Shown here in pieces: positions 35,601 through 49,543 of a stretch of DNA of 64,000 nucleotides. Position 1 is the stretch's first letter, and every line of letters starts with the position of its first letter. Location: the NCBI RefSeq assembly GCF_963921235.1, contig NC_086108.1, forward strand, positions 51,276,001-51,340,000. Direction: 5' to 3'. The position numbers and the translations under genes were made by a program. The stretch is from Mobula hypostoma. Its lineage: Eukaryota. A model generated the notes under the pieces. The model made no database searches. It saw only the letters and a program-made list of their open reading frames with translations, and was not told where the DNA came from.

Positions 35601-37769
35601 TGATCTTGTTCAAGATGTGGATGTTGCTGGCCGTGCCAGCATTTAGTGTCAGTTTCCAAATTCTCCAGAACTGAGGAAGCAAGTAAGGTCAACTACATTG
35701 GTGGGCCTGAAATCCCATAGAGCCCAGACTTGATTAGTGAAATCGGTGTTTTTTACAGGAATCCAGACATTTTATGTTTATCATTATTGATATTAACTCT
35801 TTACTTCCAGAGTTTAATTATTTAGATTTGAATTCTCTCACTGCTGTAATAGAATTGGAACTCGTTTCCATATCAATGAACCAGCACTCTGGATGCATGT
35901 CAGGAGAGTGGACATACAAATTAATTGACCCTATTATACTGGTCTGAAACCACTCATGCATGTTTGCTTATCACCTGTCAACCCCACCTCTAAACCATGC
36001 TCCAAAGGACATGAAGTGCCAGTGTCTGAGTTGGAGCTTGTGTCTGGGGTCAAAGCGTCTACTTGTTCTTGGGTTTCTGAAATAAAATATGCCCTTGTTT
36101 AAGATCACAGTGAAAAAAAGAGGATAAATAAGAAGTGTTTGACTAAACTCTCCGCACCTTATGAGCTAGAATAAGAAGTGGGACATGTGGAGTAGGATTG
36201 GATTACAAACTATTCCAATATTGTCAGCAATTTCCACGTCAGCCTTGCTCGAGGTGTCTCTGGCTCCATCACCAATCCCAATGATAGCCAGCAGTCTTGA
36301 GTAGCTAGATCTGTTTTGCAACATATCCCACGTACAATGGTGGTAGTGTCTCCACAATGTACACTAATCCATCTAAAAATGGTTGGTGTTGGATGAACTG
36401 AAACATTAGATAATCAAATCAGAGTATGTTGTTAGCTGTGTCAAACTTTACTGTGGGTTATTCATGCAGCAGACTCTTGCATATCCACTACTATCCAATT
36501 GCTTGAATACTTGCTTATTACAATATTGTAGCATAATTTGGATTCACAGCAATTGTTTTACTCAAGATGGTTCAGAAGCATTTCGTAAAACACTGTATAC
36601 TCAAACTTTATCCTCAAAATCTCATATTGGAAACATTTATATGGTTTTGAAATTGGATGTATATATACTATTCTTTTGAACAGATTTATTGTTATTAATT
36701 GTAAATGATGTTTTATTAATATATGACTTTATTGTTAATTGTATCTGATGTTTTTTTTCTCATAATACTCTCAGCCCTCCATTAATATGTATTTTCTCTT
36801 TGCATGTTTAATCTTCTTGGCCCAGGCAGTGAACCATTTACTGAGTGATAAGGTAGACAAGGGCAACTCCCAAAGCCTTTGCACATTCTGCTTGTAGTTA
36901 GTTTTTACAGCATGTACAAGAACATCTGGTCTCCATTTAGTACATCTAACCTGACAGCATAGTAAAGAGTAGAAATTTGATTGCCTTATAGAGAATTATA
37001 GATGCAAATCCCCACTGTGATGAAGCTTACTGCAGAACCACTACCAAACTTTCATCTCACCTATCTCTAACAGCTTTCAGTCTTTCAACTCCAGCTGAAG
37101 TGAGACAGAGAAATAGGAAAACACAAGTATATATTCAGTAACTAAGTTTGTTTGGTTCACTTTTAACAGATAAACATTATGTAAGGACAAGAACCCTGGC
37201 CGGCACCAACTGGGTAACTACACGTAGTGTTCCCGTATGAATTACGAGTGCAAATCTGTTTTGATAGCAAATTCCAAATGCTCACACATGGAGATAAAAA
37301 CCAAAACCTCCAAAAATGAGCTCAAAGGAACACCCTCTTTAGAAAAACAGACGTGTGGAGATGGAGGTGCTGGGTGATAAATCACTGCCAAATAACACGT
37401 CAAATGCTAAACTTTTAATATCTTAGGTCCTTAACGTCGGAGACCAAACATTCACCTTTGATTGAAGCTAAGTGGAAAATCGTGCTTTTGATTATTTGTA
37501 AATCTGTTTTCCCAGCTATTTTTATTGGAGATAATGCACCATTATTTTTTTTACTCGTAACAATTGTAATTAAATTCGAATTTGATGTATTAAAAGATCA
37601 GGCAATTTTTGTAAACTGTTTGAAATAATATTAAGAAATGATTCTTTGATTGATCCTTTTAAATGAATGTTAAACAATGAAAAAAAGACAGAAAGAGTAA
37701 ACCGTAAGTTAAGAACATGATAGATTGATTAATTTCTTCTCATATCAACATTTTTTGTTTTGCTTTTGA

Positions 37770-38000
<231 letters not shown>

Positions 38001-38803
38001 TAATGCATGTCAAACACACTCCTGGATAATCAAATCAATATTATAGTTATTTCTGGGTGAACTTCAAATACAAGTTGGGTGCAGTGTATAATATCTCAAT
38101 ACTTAACTATTTACAAAAAGTGTGCATTTATTCTCATTAAACTAAGGTATGTTTGTATCGGAGAACAGCACCCGAATTTGTAATCACACCAGCAAGGTCC
38201 CTGATTCAGTCCCTGTCCAAGTAGTGTTAGCTGCAGGGGAGCTAAAATTCGGCGAGGTTTTCCAATTCACATTGCAAACCAACAGACCTTTCCATGATAT
38301 CCTGATTACTGAATGTATTACCATCAGAGGCAGATTTTCAAAGCAGCTTTTAATGTGATAATGTACCAGTTTACTGACTAGACTAGCAATAGGAGGAGTA
38401 CTGCTAAGGGTTGTTGACTAAAGACTACATATGTGGAGAGAGGCTGGAAGGATGCATTTGATGGGGGTGGGGAGAGCAGAGCTGAGATGATTGATGGCTC
38501 TCGCACTGAAAGTGAAAGGAGGTGTGATCTGAAAATGAGGCCGGCGTCAGTTTTATATGGGCAGTGAAGTTCAGAATAATTTTAAATTGGTGATGGAACG
38601 CGAGAGAATATTGAATGTGGTTTAAATAAGCATTTCAGTGGCAATCGGATGAAGTGTGGATTAAGATGGGTGGGTTGCAAAATGCAAAATAAATTGCTTT
38701 GCAAGAAAGTGGATTTTGAAACAGAGCCCAGATTAGGTAGTGGGGCTATTGAAAAGTTTAACCCAAAACAGGTTTAGAATAGCTGAAAGCATCCAGAAAC
38801 ATA

Positions 38804-39368
38804 CACTCAATGGCCACTTTATTCGGCACTTCCTCTACCTAATAAAATGGCCACAGAGTTTATGTTTTCTGCTGCTGCAGCCCATCCACTTCAGGTTTGA
38901 CTTGTACATTCAGGAATGCTCTTCTGGACAACACTGTTGTGACATGTGGTTATTTGAGTTCCTGTTACCTTCCTGTCAGTTTGAACAAGTCAGTCCGTTC
39001 TCTTCTGACATCTCTCATTATCAAGGTGTTTTTACCCACAGAACTGCCACTCACTGGATTTAATTTTTTTGTTTTTTGCACCTTGTAAGCTCTGCAAGCT
39101 CTAGAGACTGTTGTGCGTGAAAATGCAAGGAGATCAGTAGTTTGTGAGAGACTCAGTCCACCCCGCCTGGCACCAACAAACATTCCACGATCAAAGTCCC
39201 TCAGGTCACATTTCATCCCTATTCTAGTGTTATGTCTGAACAACAACTGAACTTCTTTGACATGTCTGCATGCTTTTATGCATTGAGTTGGTGCCACATG
39301 ATTGGCTGATTACATATTTACATTTACAAGCAGGTATACAGGTGTATCTAATAGAGTGGTCATGAGAG
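38804..39368 (-). mobile_element. Non-autonomous Tc1-like element (CACTCAGTGGCCAC-type TIR)
   Basis: TA flanks; N-terminal HTH remnant DLRDFDRGMFVGARRGGLSLSQTTDLLAFSRTTVSR; further copies at ~41040-41497 and 43770-44993. Confidence 0.8.
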
Positions 39369-39890
39369 TATATTTTGGAACTTTCTTAAAGACAAGTAGC
39401 ATACTGTGCATCATGGCTCCCTTCATGCTCCATTACAGTAGGTGGCAGTAACGCACCTTCCTGATAGGTGTGAGCCACCATTAGCACAAAAGAGCAGTTG
39501 TTAAGTTCAAAGAACTAACTGCTTAAGCAGAAAATTATCTCAGCTTATTCATTAATGATGCAGTATTGGCTGAGGAAGCTGGTGAGGAGAGGATGATAGG
39601 GACGTAGCTGTGGGTTTCCACAGTACATGTGTAAACCCTGCCTGTACAACCAGATAAAAGAACACTAAAGGACAGCAGGTAAACAAAGGAGTGATACATT
39701 ATCAGTGAAAACTTGGGCTCCCTCAAGGGATGAGAAAATAAGTAAATTGCAGCAAGGAGTGACAGCCCCAAGCTAGGCAAATGCCATAACGAAGGGCAAT
39801 GCAGATAAAACCACACCTGGTGGTAAATGTTAAGAGAAATTCAGGAAAAAATGGTATATTGTCAAAGATAATAATAGTCACAAAAATGAC

Positions 39891-40022
39891 CCTGACGAAG
39901 GGTCTCGGCCTGAAACGTCGACTGCACCTCTTCCTATAGATGCTGCCTGGCCTGCTGCGTTCACCAGCAACTTTGATGTATGTTGCTTGAATTTCCAGCA
40001 TCTGCAGAATTCCTGTTGTTTG
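39891..40022 (+). mobile_element. Young Penelope-like terminal fragment starting at the hammerhead core
   Basis: Near-identical to 21837-21928; flanked by CACAAAAA(A)TGAC (39879-39890, 40023-40035). Confidence 0.82.
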
Positions 40023-40054
40023 CACAAAAAATGACACTGGTGGTTTGTAGCAAC

Positions 40055-40760
40055 GGACAAAAATGCTGGAGGAACTCAGCAGGTCAGTCAGCTTCTATGG
40101 AAATTAGTAAACAGTCAACGTTTCGGACCAAAACTCTTCATCAGGACTGGAAAGGAAGGGGGGAAGAAGGCAGAATAAGGTGAAAGGAGGAGAAGGAGGT
40201 GAAGTCAGGTGGGTGTGAGATGAGGGAATGAAGTAAAAACAGGGAGGTGATAAGTAGAAAACGTGAAGGAGTCTGATAGAAGAAGAATCAACCAAGAGAG
40301 AAAAGGAAGTAGGAAGGATATCAGGGGAGGAGATGGTCAGGGAAGCAGAAGAGAAGAGGTAAGAGGGAGCCACAGTGGAGAATTGAAGAAAAAAGAAGGG
40401 GGATGGAGCAAAATTACTGGATGTTAGAGAAATCAATGTTCATACCATCACGATGGAGGCTACACAGACAGAATATGAGGTGTTGTTCCTCCAATCTCAT
40501 CAAGGCAGCAGAAGGGGCTGTGAACTGACAGGTCAGAATGGGAATGGGGACTGGAATTGAAATAGTTGACCACTGGGAAATCCTGTCTTTTTATAGCAGC
40601 TGGAGTAAGGGTGCTTGACAAAGTGGTTTCCCAATCTATGTTGGATCTCAGTGCAGAGGAGGCCACATTGGGAGCACCAGATACGTAGATAACCACAACA
40701 GATTCACAGGTGAAGTATTGTGCTGAAGTGACTTAGAGCACTCATGGTGCGAAGGGGAAG
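40055..40760 (-). mobile_element. Older Penelope-like element 3' part
   Basis: GIY-YIG remnant (QDFPVVNYFNSSPHSHSDLSVH) and degenerate hammerhead at 40112-40149. Confidence 0.75.
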
Positions 40761-43700
40761 GAGGAAAAATGTTGTTCTGAGTGAAATGAAGGAAACAGAG
40801 GATGGGACGGTGAATAGTAAAACATATATAAATGCTGCAGCCTTAGCATTTCGCAATTCATACAAATGGCTCAGGTAGTCACCAAAATTTGCTAAATCTG
40901 ACACAAAAGTGTGTTCAAAATTAGATTGTGAACAGGATATAAGGAACATAGATAAGAAGTGAGCAGGCAAATGGAGTACAATGTGAAAAGTTGTTAAGTG
41001 GTCTATTTTGGCAAGTAAAAAATGAAAGGAGATGCATACACTGTGTATATTCATAGTCTTTGGTTGCTGTAGCCCATCCCCTCAAGGCTCGACTTGTTCT
41101 GCATTCAGAGATGCCCTTCTGCACACCACTGCTGCATCCTCCAGCACTTTTGTCTGGTTATTTAAGTTACTGTCACCTTCCCAGTCTGACCATTCTTCAC
41201 TGACCTCCTTCATTAACAAAGCATTTGGTTTCTTGCACCATTCTTTGCAAATTCTAAAGTCTGTTGTGCATGAAAATCCCAGGAAATCAGCAGCTTCTGA
41301 GATATTCAAACCACCCATCTGGCACCAACAATCATTTCACAGTCAAAGATTACATTTTTCCCCATTCTGATGTTTGGTCTGAACCTCTTGACAATGTCTG
41401 CATGCTCTTATTCATTGAGTTGCTGCCACAAGACTAACTAATTAGACATTTGCATTAACGAGTAAGTATATTGCTGTACCTAAGTGGCCACTGAGCATAT
41501 TACATAAATAGTACGAGATTACAGAGTTCCGAAATGCAGAGGATCTTGGCTGTCCTTTGTGAATCACCTATGAGTAATTCACAAGAGATTTGTACACAGG
41601 TGCAACAAGAAATCGGGAAAGTTAAATAAATAAAATTATTACTTATTCCTAGAAAAATTGAATACAAAATCAGGGACTTTGGAGTTCAATTATATGAGGT
41701 ACTGGTAAGATATTGAATATTGTGTAATGCATTGGTCTTCTTATTAAAAGATGATTATTAATGAATTGAAAGCAATTCAGAGAACTAATTAATAGAGTAT
41801 TCAGGTTGTCTTCTGAGGAAAGATTAAACAGGATAGGCTTGTGTCCACTAGAGTATAGAAGGAGTGAAGGGGCATTCAAATGAAACACAAAAAATCCTGA
41901 GGGTCTTGTGGTGACGATATTTCTTCCTGTGGGAGAATCTAAAACCATGAGAAAGAATTTTTTTCTTTAGAACTCTCTTCCTCAAAGGGTGGTAGCATAA
42001 GAGTCTCTGAATATTTTTAAGCCAGAGCTAGATAGATTCTTCAAAAACAAGTTACAATTAGACTAACCATGGCCTTTTAAATTGCAGAGGGACCTGCTCT
42101 TGCTTTTAACTTGTATGTTCATATGTAATATGATTTGAACATAGTATTGAGACTTACCACTGAATTGTGAGCTGTCTTTCACGGTATATCATGAAAAGTT
42201 TTTATTGCTGGCTTTTTATTTGTTTAGTAAAGCATCTGGTAACAATTATTATAACGATGGGATGTCTACAGGAGTGGAGTTTTGGAACCAAACCAAATAC
42301 TTCGAGTAACTTGGTTGAACAGAATCAAATAAAATGAGGGTGCGGGAGAAAATTTTGAGGATGCTGCTAGTGTTGGAGGATTATGGTTTGAGAAATGACT
42401 GAGAAAATTGAGATTGTCATTTTGGAGGAGAGATATAACTGAGGTGTACTCAATTATGAAGTCCAGTCAGGACGAACAGAAAGGGCCCAATTCCCTTCGC
42501 AGAGTAGTGAATAATTAAAAGATGGAGACTTAATATGACTGGTAAAATTAGATTAGAGAGGGAAAAAGTTAAAGTCCTCCTGAGAGGACAGTGAGGACTG
42601 AACCCCTCATCACATTTTAAACATACCCAAGTGAGAACTTAAAGAGCTGTGAACTGCAAGACTGTGCACCAAAAGTTAGAAGTAAGGGGAAGTGACGTAA
42701 CTCCAATTTTGGAGTGGAACAACACACAATGCATCAAATGCCAAAACCCTGTGCCTTAAATTTTTGAAATGTTATGGTGTTACCGTTCTATGAATCAACA
42801 TGTTTCACTTCTACATGATGCCCTACTTGTTTGGCTATTAATTTCTTTCCTTAAGTGTCATAAATAAATGTACTTTTTCTTTTGGCTTACTAGTAAAAAT
42901 TAATTAGAACAGAAAAGCAACAACTTTGCATCTCAATACATTTGAATCCACCTTCAGTTTTAAAGAATCAGAGAGTTATGTAGCACAGAAGCAAAGCCTT
43001 CAATTCACCATGTCAACAAGTTGTTTTCTATTCCATTGAGTGTTTTACTTGAATATTTCAAACTTGATTTTTAACCTTCCTATAATCTTTAATATTATAA
43101 TTATCTTTTTAGTCAGATCATTTTTTATTTGACTTTCTATTTCCTTTTATACCCAGGTCAACTTGTGCTTAAAAGCCATAGTCATGCAACACAGAAATAG
43201 GTCCTTCGACACAACTTGTACACTAACCTCCAACATCTACTTACACGAATCTCACTGTATTGCTTTACCTCCCCTATTCAATTATGCACAAGGGCAATTT
43301 GCAGTCACAAATTCACCTCCAAAACACACACATATTTGGAATGCAGGAGGAAACTGAAGGACGCAGTGGAAATCACAGGGAGAATGTGCAAATGCACACA
43401 GACTGTATCAGATACCAGGGTTCAACCCAGGCTGCTGGAGCTATGAGGCTGTGGTAGCTCTCCATGAACCACTGTAATGCATATACATCTATGGCACCTA
43501 CTGTGGTAAGGTGGTTTCATAACACATCTTGCTCATCTGTATATATTATAATCTCTCAAACCTGCAGACTGCAGTTTCAAAGTGACTGTACATCTAAGAG
43601 GCTATGGCAAGAACCCAGGTCATGATAAAAATCATTCCAAGCACTTTTGCAATTGAAGCAGGATAAAAGGAATTAGAGGTTAACTATGTAAGTGGCCAGA

Positions 43701-43769
43701 AGTCAGGCAAAATATAAGGAAGTAAGTACCAGGTGCTGCATACAGAAGAGAAAATAAGGTAAACACATA

Positions 43770-44993
43770 CACTCAGTGTCTACTTTATTATGTAACTCCT
43801 GTATCTAATGAAGTGGCCACTGAGTGCACATTCTTGGTCTTCTGCCACGATAGCCCGTCCACTTCAACGTTTGACATGTTCTTCTGCACACCACTGTTGT
43901 AACATAGGATTACCTGAGTTACTGTCGCTTTCCTGTCAGATTGAACCAGTCTGATCATTCTCCTTTGACCTCTCTCAATAACAAGATGCTTTCACCGACA
44001 CAGCTGCCACTCACTGGATGTTTTTTGCTTTTCACACCAGTCCTTGTAAACTGCAGAGTGTATTGTACATGAAACCCCCGGGAGATCAGCGGTTTCTGAG
44101 ATACTTAAACCAGCCCATTTGGCACCAAACAATTATTCCATGGTCAAAGTCACTTAGATCACATTTCTTCCCCGTTCTGATGTTTGTCTGAATAACAACT
44201 GAATCTTTTCTTCTTGTAAAGTTTAATGGTGCTTGGTAGACTAACTGCCACCGCTACCTACTGAAATAGAATATGGTGCAGGAAGGGAACTCGACCCACT
44301 AAATTATCCCCCCCCTCAAAAAAACTCAAATAATATAAAAAAACTCTAATGCTTTTCAGAAAGTAAAATACACACTTATATATATTACAATGACAGTGAT
44401 ATCCAAACAAACTTTCCATGTTAAACTGTGTCTGTCCCAAAGATCTTAATTTAGCAAATAGATGTTTCCTTTGCACCTTATAGGAACTGCATTCAAACAA
44501 TACACAGTATGCTACATCATTTCTTGACAAGTGCACTCCCTACAAATGGCCATATCATTTTGAAGAAAGAATTATTCAACCTTGTATGTCTAATATATAA
44601 ATGTATAAGTGCAACTTCTTCTCTCCTTTTATACTCATCTCCCAGTTGAAATCACACCATCCTCTGAATTTTATTTAAGTGCCGTCCTTTCATTTCCTTA
44701 TCCCAACTTTATTGCCACAGTGATCTTGAACAGATTTAAAAATTCTGGCTTTCACCTCCCCTCTATGCAAAGGCATCGCTACATTCACATCCTCCTCATT
44801 TCCTTCAACCCCAACATGGGTAGGGACCCAAAAACTGAGTGCACAAGCCTAAACCTCAACAGCTGTTGTCCAACTTAACTGAGCCTCTCGACCATGTCTG
44901 CACGCTTTTATGCATTGAGTTGCCACCGTGTAATTGGTCGATTATATAGTTGCATTAACGAGCAAGTGTGCCTAATAAAGTAGTCACTGAGTG
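43770..44993 (-). mobile_element. Non-autonomous Tc1-like element with a nested unclassified insertion (~44205-44876)
   Basis: TIRs CACTCAGTG...CACTGAGTG; collinear with 38804-39368 apart from the insert, which is flanked by AACTGA repeats. Confidence 0.72.
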
Positions 44994-45307
44994 AACGTTT
45001 TAATATGTTCTACTACAATAGTTGAAACAATAGTTTTTTTTAATGAAGAGATTCAGTTGATTCAGTGTGTTCAACCAATGCACCATCAGCATCGCCAATA
45101 GAATATTTAGCAATTTATCTAAAACAGTGGAATACAAATCAGGAAAAACTGCTCTGTGTTTCTTCCTCTGGTCAGTAAGGCATAAGCTATAGAAGTAGTC
45201 AGAAATTCTTACTTAGAGGGTCTTAGCTCTTAGAGGCTGGAGAAACATTATGCCTAGAATTGGATTTCCCCAATATCTGATATGTTAAACAGCTACTTTC
45301 AGAAAGG

Positions 45308-46032
45308 CACACAACAAAATGCTGGAGGAACTCAGCTGGTCAGGCAGCATCTATGGAAATGATAAACAGTTGACGTTTTGGGATGAGACCTTTCTTCAAG
45401 ACTGTGAAGGAAAGGGGAAGACTCCAGAAGAAAAAGGTTGGGGGGGGTGGAGGAGAAGGAGGATTAGCTGAAGGTGATAGATGAAGCCAAGCAGATGGGA
45501 AAGATGAGAGGCTGGAAAAGAAAGAATCTGATAGGAGAGGGAGTGAACCATGGGAGAAAGGGAAGAAGAAGAGGCACCAGGTGGAGGTGATAGGCAGGTA
45601 AGGAGAGGAGGTACTCTTAGAAAGGATAGGCTGAGTAACCTGGGGCTTTTCACTTTGGGGAGAGGGAGGGTGAGGGGTAACTTGATAGAGGTGTACAAAA
45701 TAATAAGAAACATAGATCGTGTGCATAGCCAGAGACATTCTCCCAGGGAAGAAATCCAAGGGGTGTAACTCTAAAGTGTTCGTAGTAATGTATAGAGAAG
45801 ATATCAGAGGTAGGATTTTTACACAGAGAACGGTAAGTGCATGGAATGCACTGCCAAGGATAATGTAGAGCAGATACATTACAGGCATCTAAAAGACTCT
45901 TAGATAGGCACATGGATAAAAAAAATGGAGGACTTTGTGGGAGGGAAGGGTTAAATTGATATTGTAGTTAGAGAGTCATCACAACATCGTGGGCCAAAGG
46001 GCCAATACTGCACTGTACTGTTCTATGTTCTG
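45308..46032. mobile_element. Penelope-like fragment (minus, to ~45610) abutting a CR1 3' end (plus)
   Basis: aaaatgctggaggaactcagc head; DRLSNLGLFTL...RGNLIEVYKII; tail tgttctatgttct. Confidence 0.7.
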
Positions 46033-47361
46033 CATTCAGCTCTATGTTGCACTAATGCCATATCAGGATTCACTGGGACATCCTTGCTTTAAGAAATTAT
46101 TATTGTTGTTTACTTCCTCGAAGGGAATTCAATGCTCGATCTGTACAATTCACAGATGTTCTGCCTGCTGGGTAGGCAGCAGCCAAGTCATTGGTGCCCG
46201 TGTCCATGGGAAATGGGTCAGTGCTGTTTCCAAGGCAGTCTCAGGCACATGGATCTCCCAAGGAGATCCCAGAGCCTTCGGGTGGACCGGGACAATTTTC
46301 CCTCAGTGTGGTCATAAGCCTTTGCAATTAGTCACATATTGAGGCATCTGTGGACTGCTGCTATCATTTCACAGAACCCTGCATATGCACTATTGGTGGT
46401 GAGGTTTTATTGGAATAAAAATTACAGGGGGTGATTTGCAACTTTAAAAGAGATATTTTGGAGATTGGTGGGGGATCCCAAGACACATGTAGTTCACATA
46501 TGGTGTGATTAATTTTTATAAGTCTGAGAGGCATCCATTCAGACACAATTAGCCTAGACTTCAAATGCTCTCCAAAGCAGACAAATATCCATTCTTTCTG
46601 CTCTTTCAAAAACTCAGAAAACTCTCATGATGAAAATGATACTGTGGCGGCTGGCACTTAAGGATTATTCAAATCTAAGGGGGCCAAGACCACCTGGCAT
46701 TTTATGGCGTTACCAATTATGAAAGATTTTGCCATGATATTGTTAGCCACTGATTCTACATATAAATAGTTGGAAATCCAGCTGCCAGCAGAAATATCGA
46801 ATACTCCCCAGTGAAAAAGATATTTATCTCTGGTTGGAGGGGTGGGGCGGTGGTGAGCAGTGACTACTCTGATGCAATGAGGGATTGACTAATAGGACAT
46901 GGAGCACAGAAATTTACAGCACCGAGACAGGACCTTCAGCCCACAATGTTGTGCTGAACCAATTCAAGTAGTAACCAAAGGGCCAACTAAACAAGCTACT
47001 TCTGCCAACTCAATGTCCATACTTCCCTCACCTTCATACTGTATGCCTATCTAAACATCTCTTAAAACTCCTTAATATATCTGCCTCTACCACCACCTCA
47101 GGCAGTGTATTCCAGGCACCCACAACTCTCTGTGTTTAAAAAAAAACTTGCCCCTCACATCTCCTTTCAACTTATCTCCTCTAACCTTAAGTACATGTCC
47201 TCTGATATTAGACATTTCAACCCTGGGAAAAAGATACTGTCTGTCTACTCTATCTATGCCTCTCGTAATCTTATAAACCTTTATCAGATCTCCCCCCAGC
47301 CTTTGTCACTCCAAGTTTTTCCAATGTGTTGTTAGAGTACATGCCTTCTAATTCAGGGAGC

Positions 47362-48919
47362 TGTCATGGTCCGGATTGGGGTCCCTTTAAATTTACCTTG
47401 TTTATGTTACGATCTGGACCGTTGATTCCCTGCTTTCCTGTGTCCCTCAACTTTGGTGATTAGAGGCAATTAACGCTCCGCTGAACTGGTAGTTTATAGT
47501 CTCCGGCTTTCAGCTGTTCGGCGCGGGAGCGTCTGCAAAGTATGCAAAGTCACGGCGTGCTAATGTCATCTGCCCGAAGCGAGTGCCGGTAATTCGCCTT
47601 TCCTCACCGGAGCAACCCTGTCCAGTTACCTCGCCGAATCGAGCCTGCAAAGTTTCCTCATCAAAGTGGGTCCGTCAGTTAACCCGCTGCAGAGAATCGA
47701 GAGCCGCTGTCTACTGTTCCCGGGCCGAGTTGAGAGCTCGACACTACCCGGAAGTCCCAAGCACCACGTCCTGGCTCCGGCGGCATCCAAGTACCACGTC
47801 CACGTCCTGGCCCTGGTGGCGTTCAAGTACCGTGTCAAGTCCTGGCCTTAGCGGCGTTCAAGTACCATATCAAGTCCTGGCCCTGGTGGCTTCCCAGTTT
47901 TGAGTCAAGTACTAGCCCTGACGGTCTGTGATTCCTGTCCTACCGGTCTGAATCCCTTCCCTGCCCCTCTGGCCTCTAGCCCTCGTCTGCAGCCCCGCCT
48001 GCACTTCGGTCTAGTTCCATCACCAGAGCTAGATAGGTACTGTCTGGTGTTCATTCATGTTGGTCTTGTCTTGTCTTGTCCTCGCCTCCATGGGGTAAGT
48101 CTAGCCGTCTTGCTGTTGCCCCGCGGGGAGTCATGTCTTGTCCTGTCCTCGCCTTCATGGGGTAAGTCAGGCCGTCTTGCCATTGCCCCGTGAGGAGTCA
48201 TGTCTTGTCTTGTCCTGTCCTCGCCTCCGTGGGGTAAGTCAGGCCATCTTGCCGTTGCCCCGCGGGGAGTCATGTCTTGTCTTGTACTGTCCTCGCCTCC
48301 GTGGGGTAAGTCAGGCTGTCTTGCAGTTGCCCCGCAGGGGTCATGTCTTGTCGTGTCTCGTCCTCGCCTCCGTGGGGTAAGTCAGGCCATCTTGCTGTTG
48401 CTCCCGCGGAGGATCATGAGTCCCGGCCCTACGTCCTGTACCCTAGGAGGGGTCCCGGCTCTCTGTTCCATGTGCGAGTCCCGGCCCTCTGTCCTGTACC
48501 CAAGGAGGGGTCCCGGCTCTCTGTTCTGTGTATGTGTCCATGGTTCCATGTACCTGCTCTCCCAAGACCGAGGCTCTGTTTTCCATGTTCCTCCTCTCCC
48601 TAGCCCATGTCATGTCCATGCCTGGTTCTGGGGTCCGAGCCCGAGGCAAGACCCAGGTACTGGGTCCTTGCCCAGTCTCGGGCTCAGAGTCCATACCCTA
48701 TCCTCTTCATGTCTCCTCTAGTTCTGGGAGTCGATTCTGAGTCCTAGCCCAGACCCTTGGTCCCAGCCTAGTCGTAGTCCTCAGTCCTTGCCTAGTTCGC
48801 TATCTTCTGCTCCTGCCTTGCTCTCCTCGTATCGAACAATAAACTAAATCTAAGTAACCTCACAAGATGTGTCTTGCATTTGGGTCCACCCTTGCTCCCA
48901 AAGCCCTGCCATTGTGACA
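47362..48919 (+). mobile_element. Solo LTR (Gypsy-like) related to 14220-15439
   Basis: TGTCA...TGACA termini; 5-bp TSD GGAGC (47357-47361, 48920-48924); shares the TGTCATGGTCCGG start; AATAAA at 48838. Confidence 0.9.
48056..48415 (+). repeat. Five tandem 67-76-bp units inside the LTR
   Basis: Units start near 48056, 48132, 48199, 48271, 48342. Confidence 0.9.
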
Positions 48920-49058
48920 GGAGCATCCTGGTAAACCTCTTCTCCACACTCTCCAAAACCTTCACATCCTTTCTATAATAGTGTGGCCAGAACTATATGC
49001 AATACTCTAGATGTTGTCTAACTAAGGTTTTAAAAAGCAGCAACATAACTTCTTAACT

Positions 49059-49543
49059 TCATCGGGGCCTCTCCTCCCGCCATTACAGACATTTACACCA
49101 CACGCTGCATCCGTAAAGCAAACAGCATCATGAAGGACCTCACGCAGCCCTCATACAAACTCTTCTCCCTCCTGCCATCTGGCAAAAGGCACCAAAGTAT
49201 TCGGGCTCTCATGACCAGACTATGTAACAGTTTCTTCCCCCAAGTCATCAGACTCCTCAATACCCAGAGCATGGACTGACACCAACCTACTGCCCTCTAC
49301 TGTGCATATTGTTTTGTTTATTATTTATTGTAATGCCTGCACTGTTTTGTGCACTTTATGCAGTCCTGGGCAGGTCTGTAGTCTAGTGTAGTTTTGTGTT
49401 GTCTTATTTAGTTCAGTGTAGTTTTTGTATTGTTCATGTAGCACCATGGTCCTGAAAAATGTTGTCTTGTTTTTACTGTGTACTATACCAGCAGTTATGG
49501 ACGAAATGACAATAAAAAATAACTTGACTTGACTTGACTTGAC
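49059..49543 (+). mobile_element. Rex1/Babar-type 3' fragment with (GACTT)n tail
   Basis: ANSIMKD...LFSLLPSGK...NSFFPQ remnant; 13-bp TSD TAACTTCT(T/G)AACT (49046-49058, 49544-49556). Confidence 0.8.

Noticed and set aside
37516..37525. MEF2-like site CTATTTTTAT near NTMT2 exon 2
   Set aside because: Mismatches the YTAWWWWTAR consensus and is expected by chance in AT-rich DNA
47583..48740. Repetitive ORFs and regularly spaced repeats that superficially resemble a CRISPR array
   Set aside because: Contiguous tandem units with no unique spacers, inside a eukaryotic LTR; no cas genes
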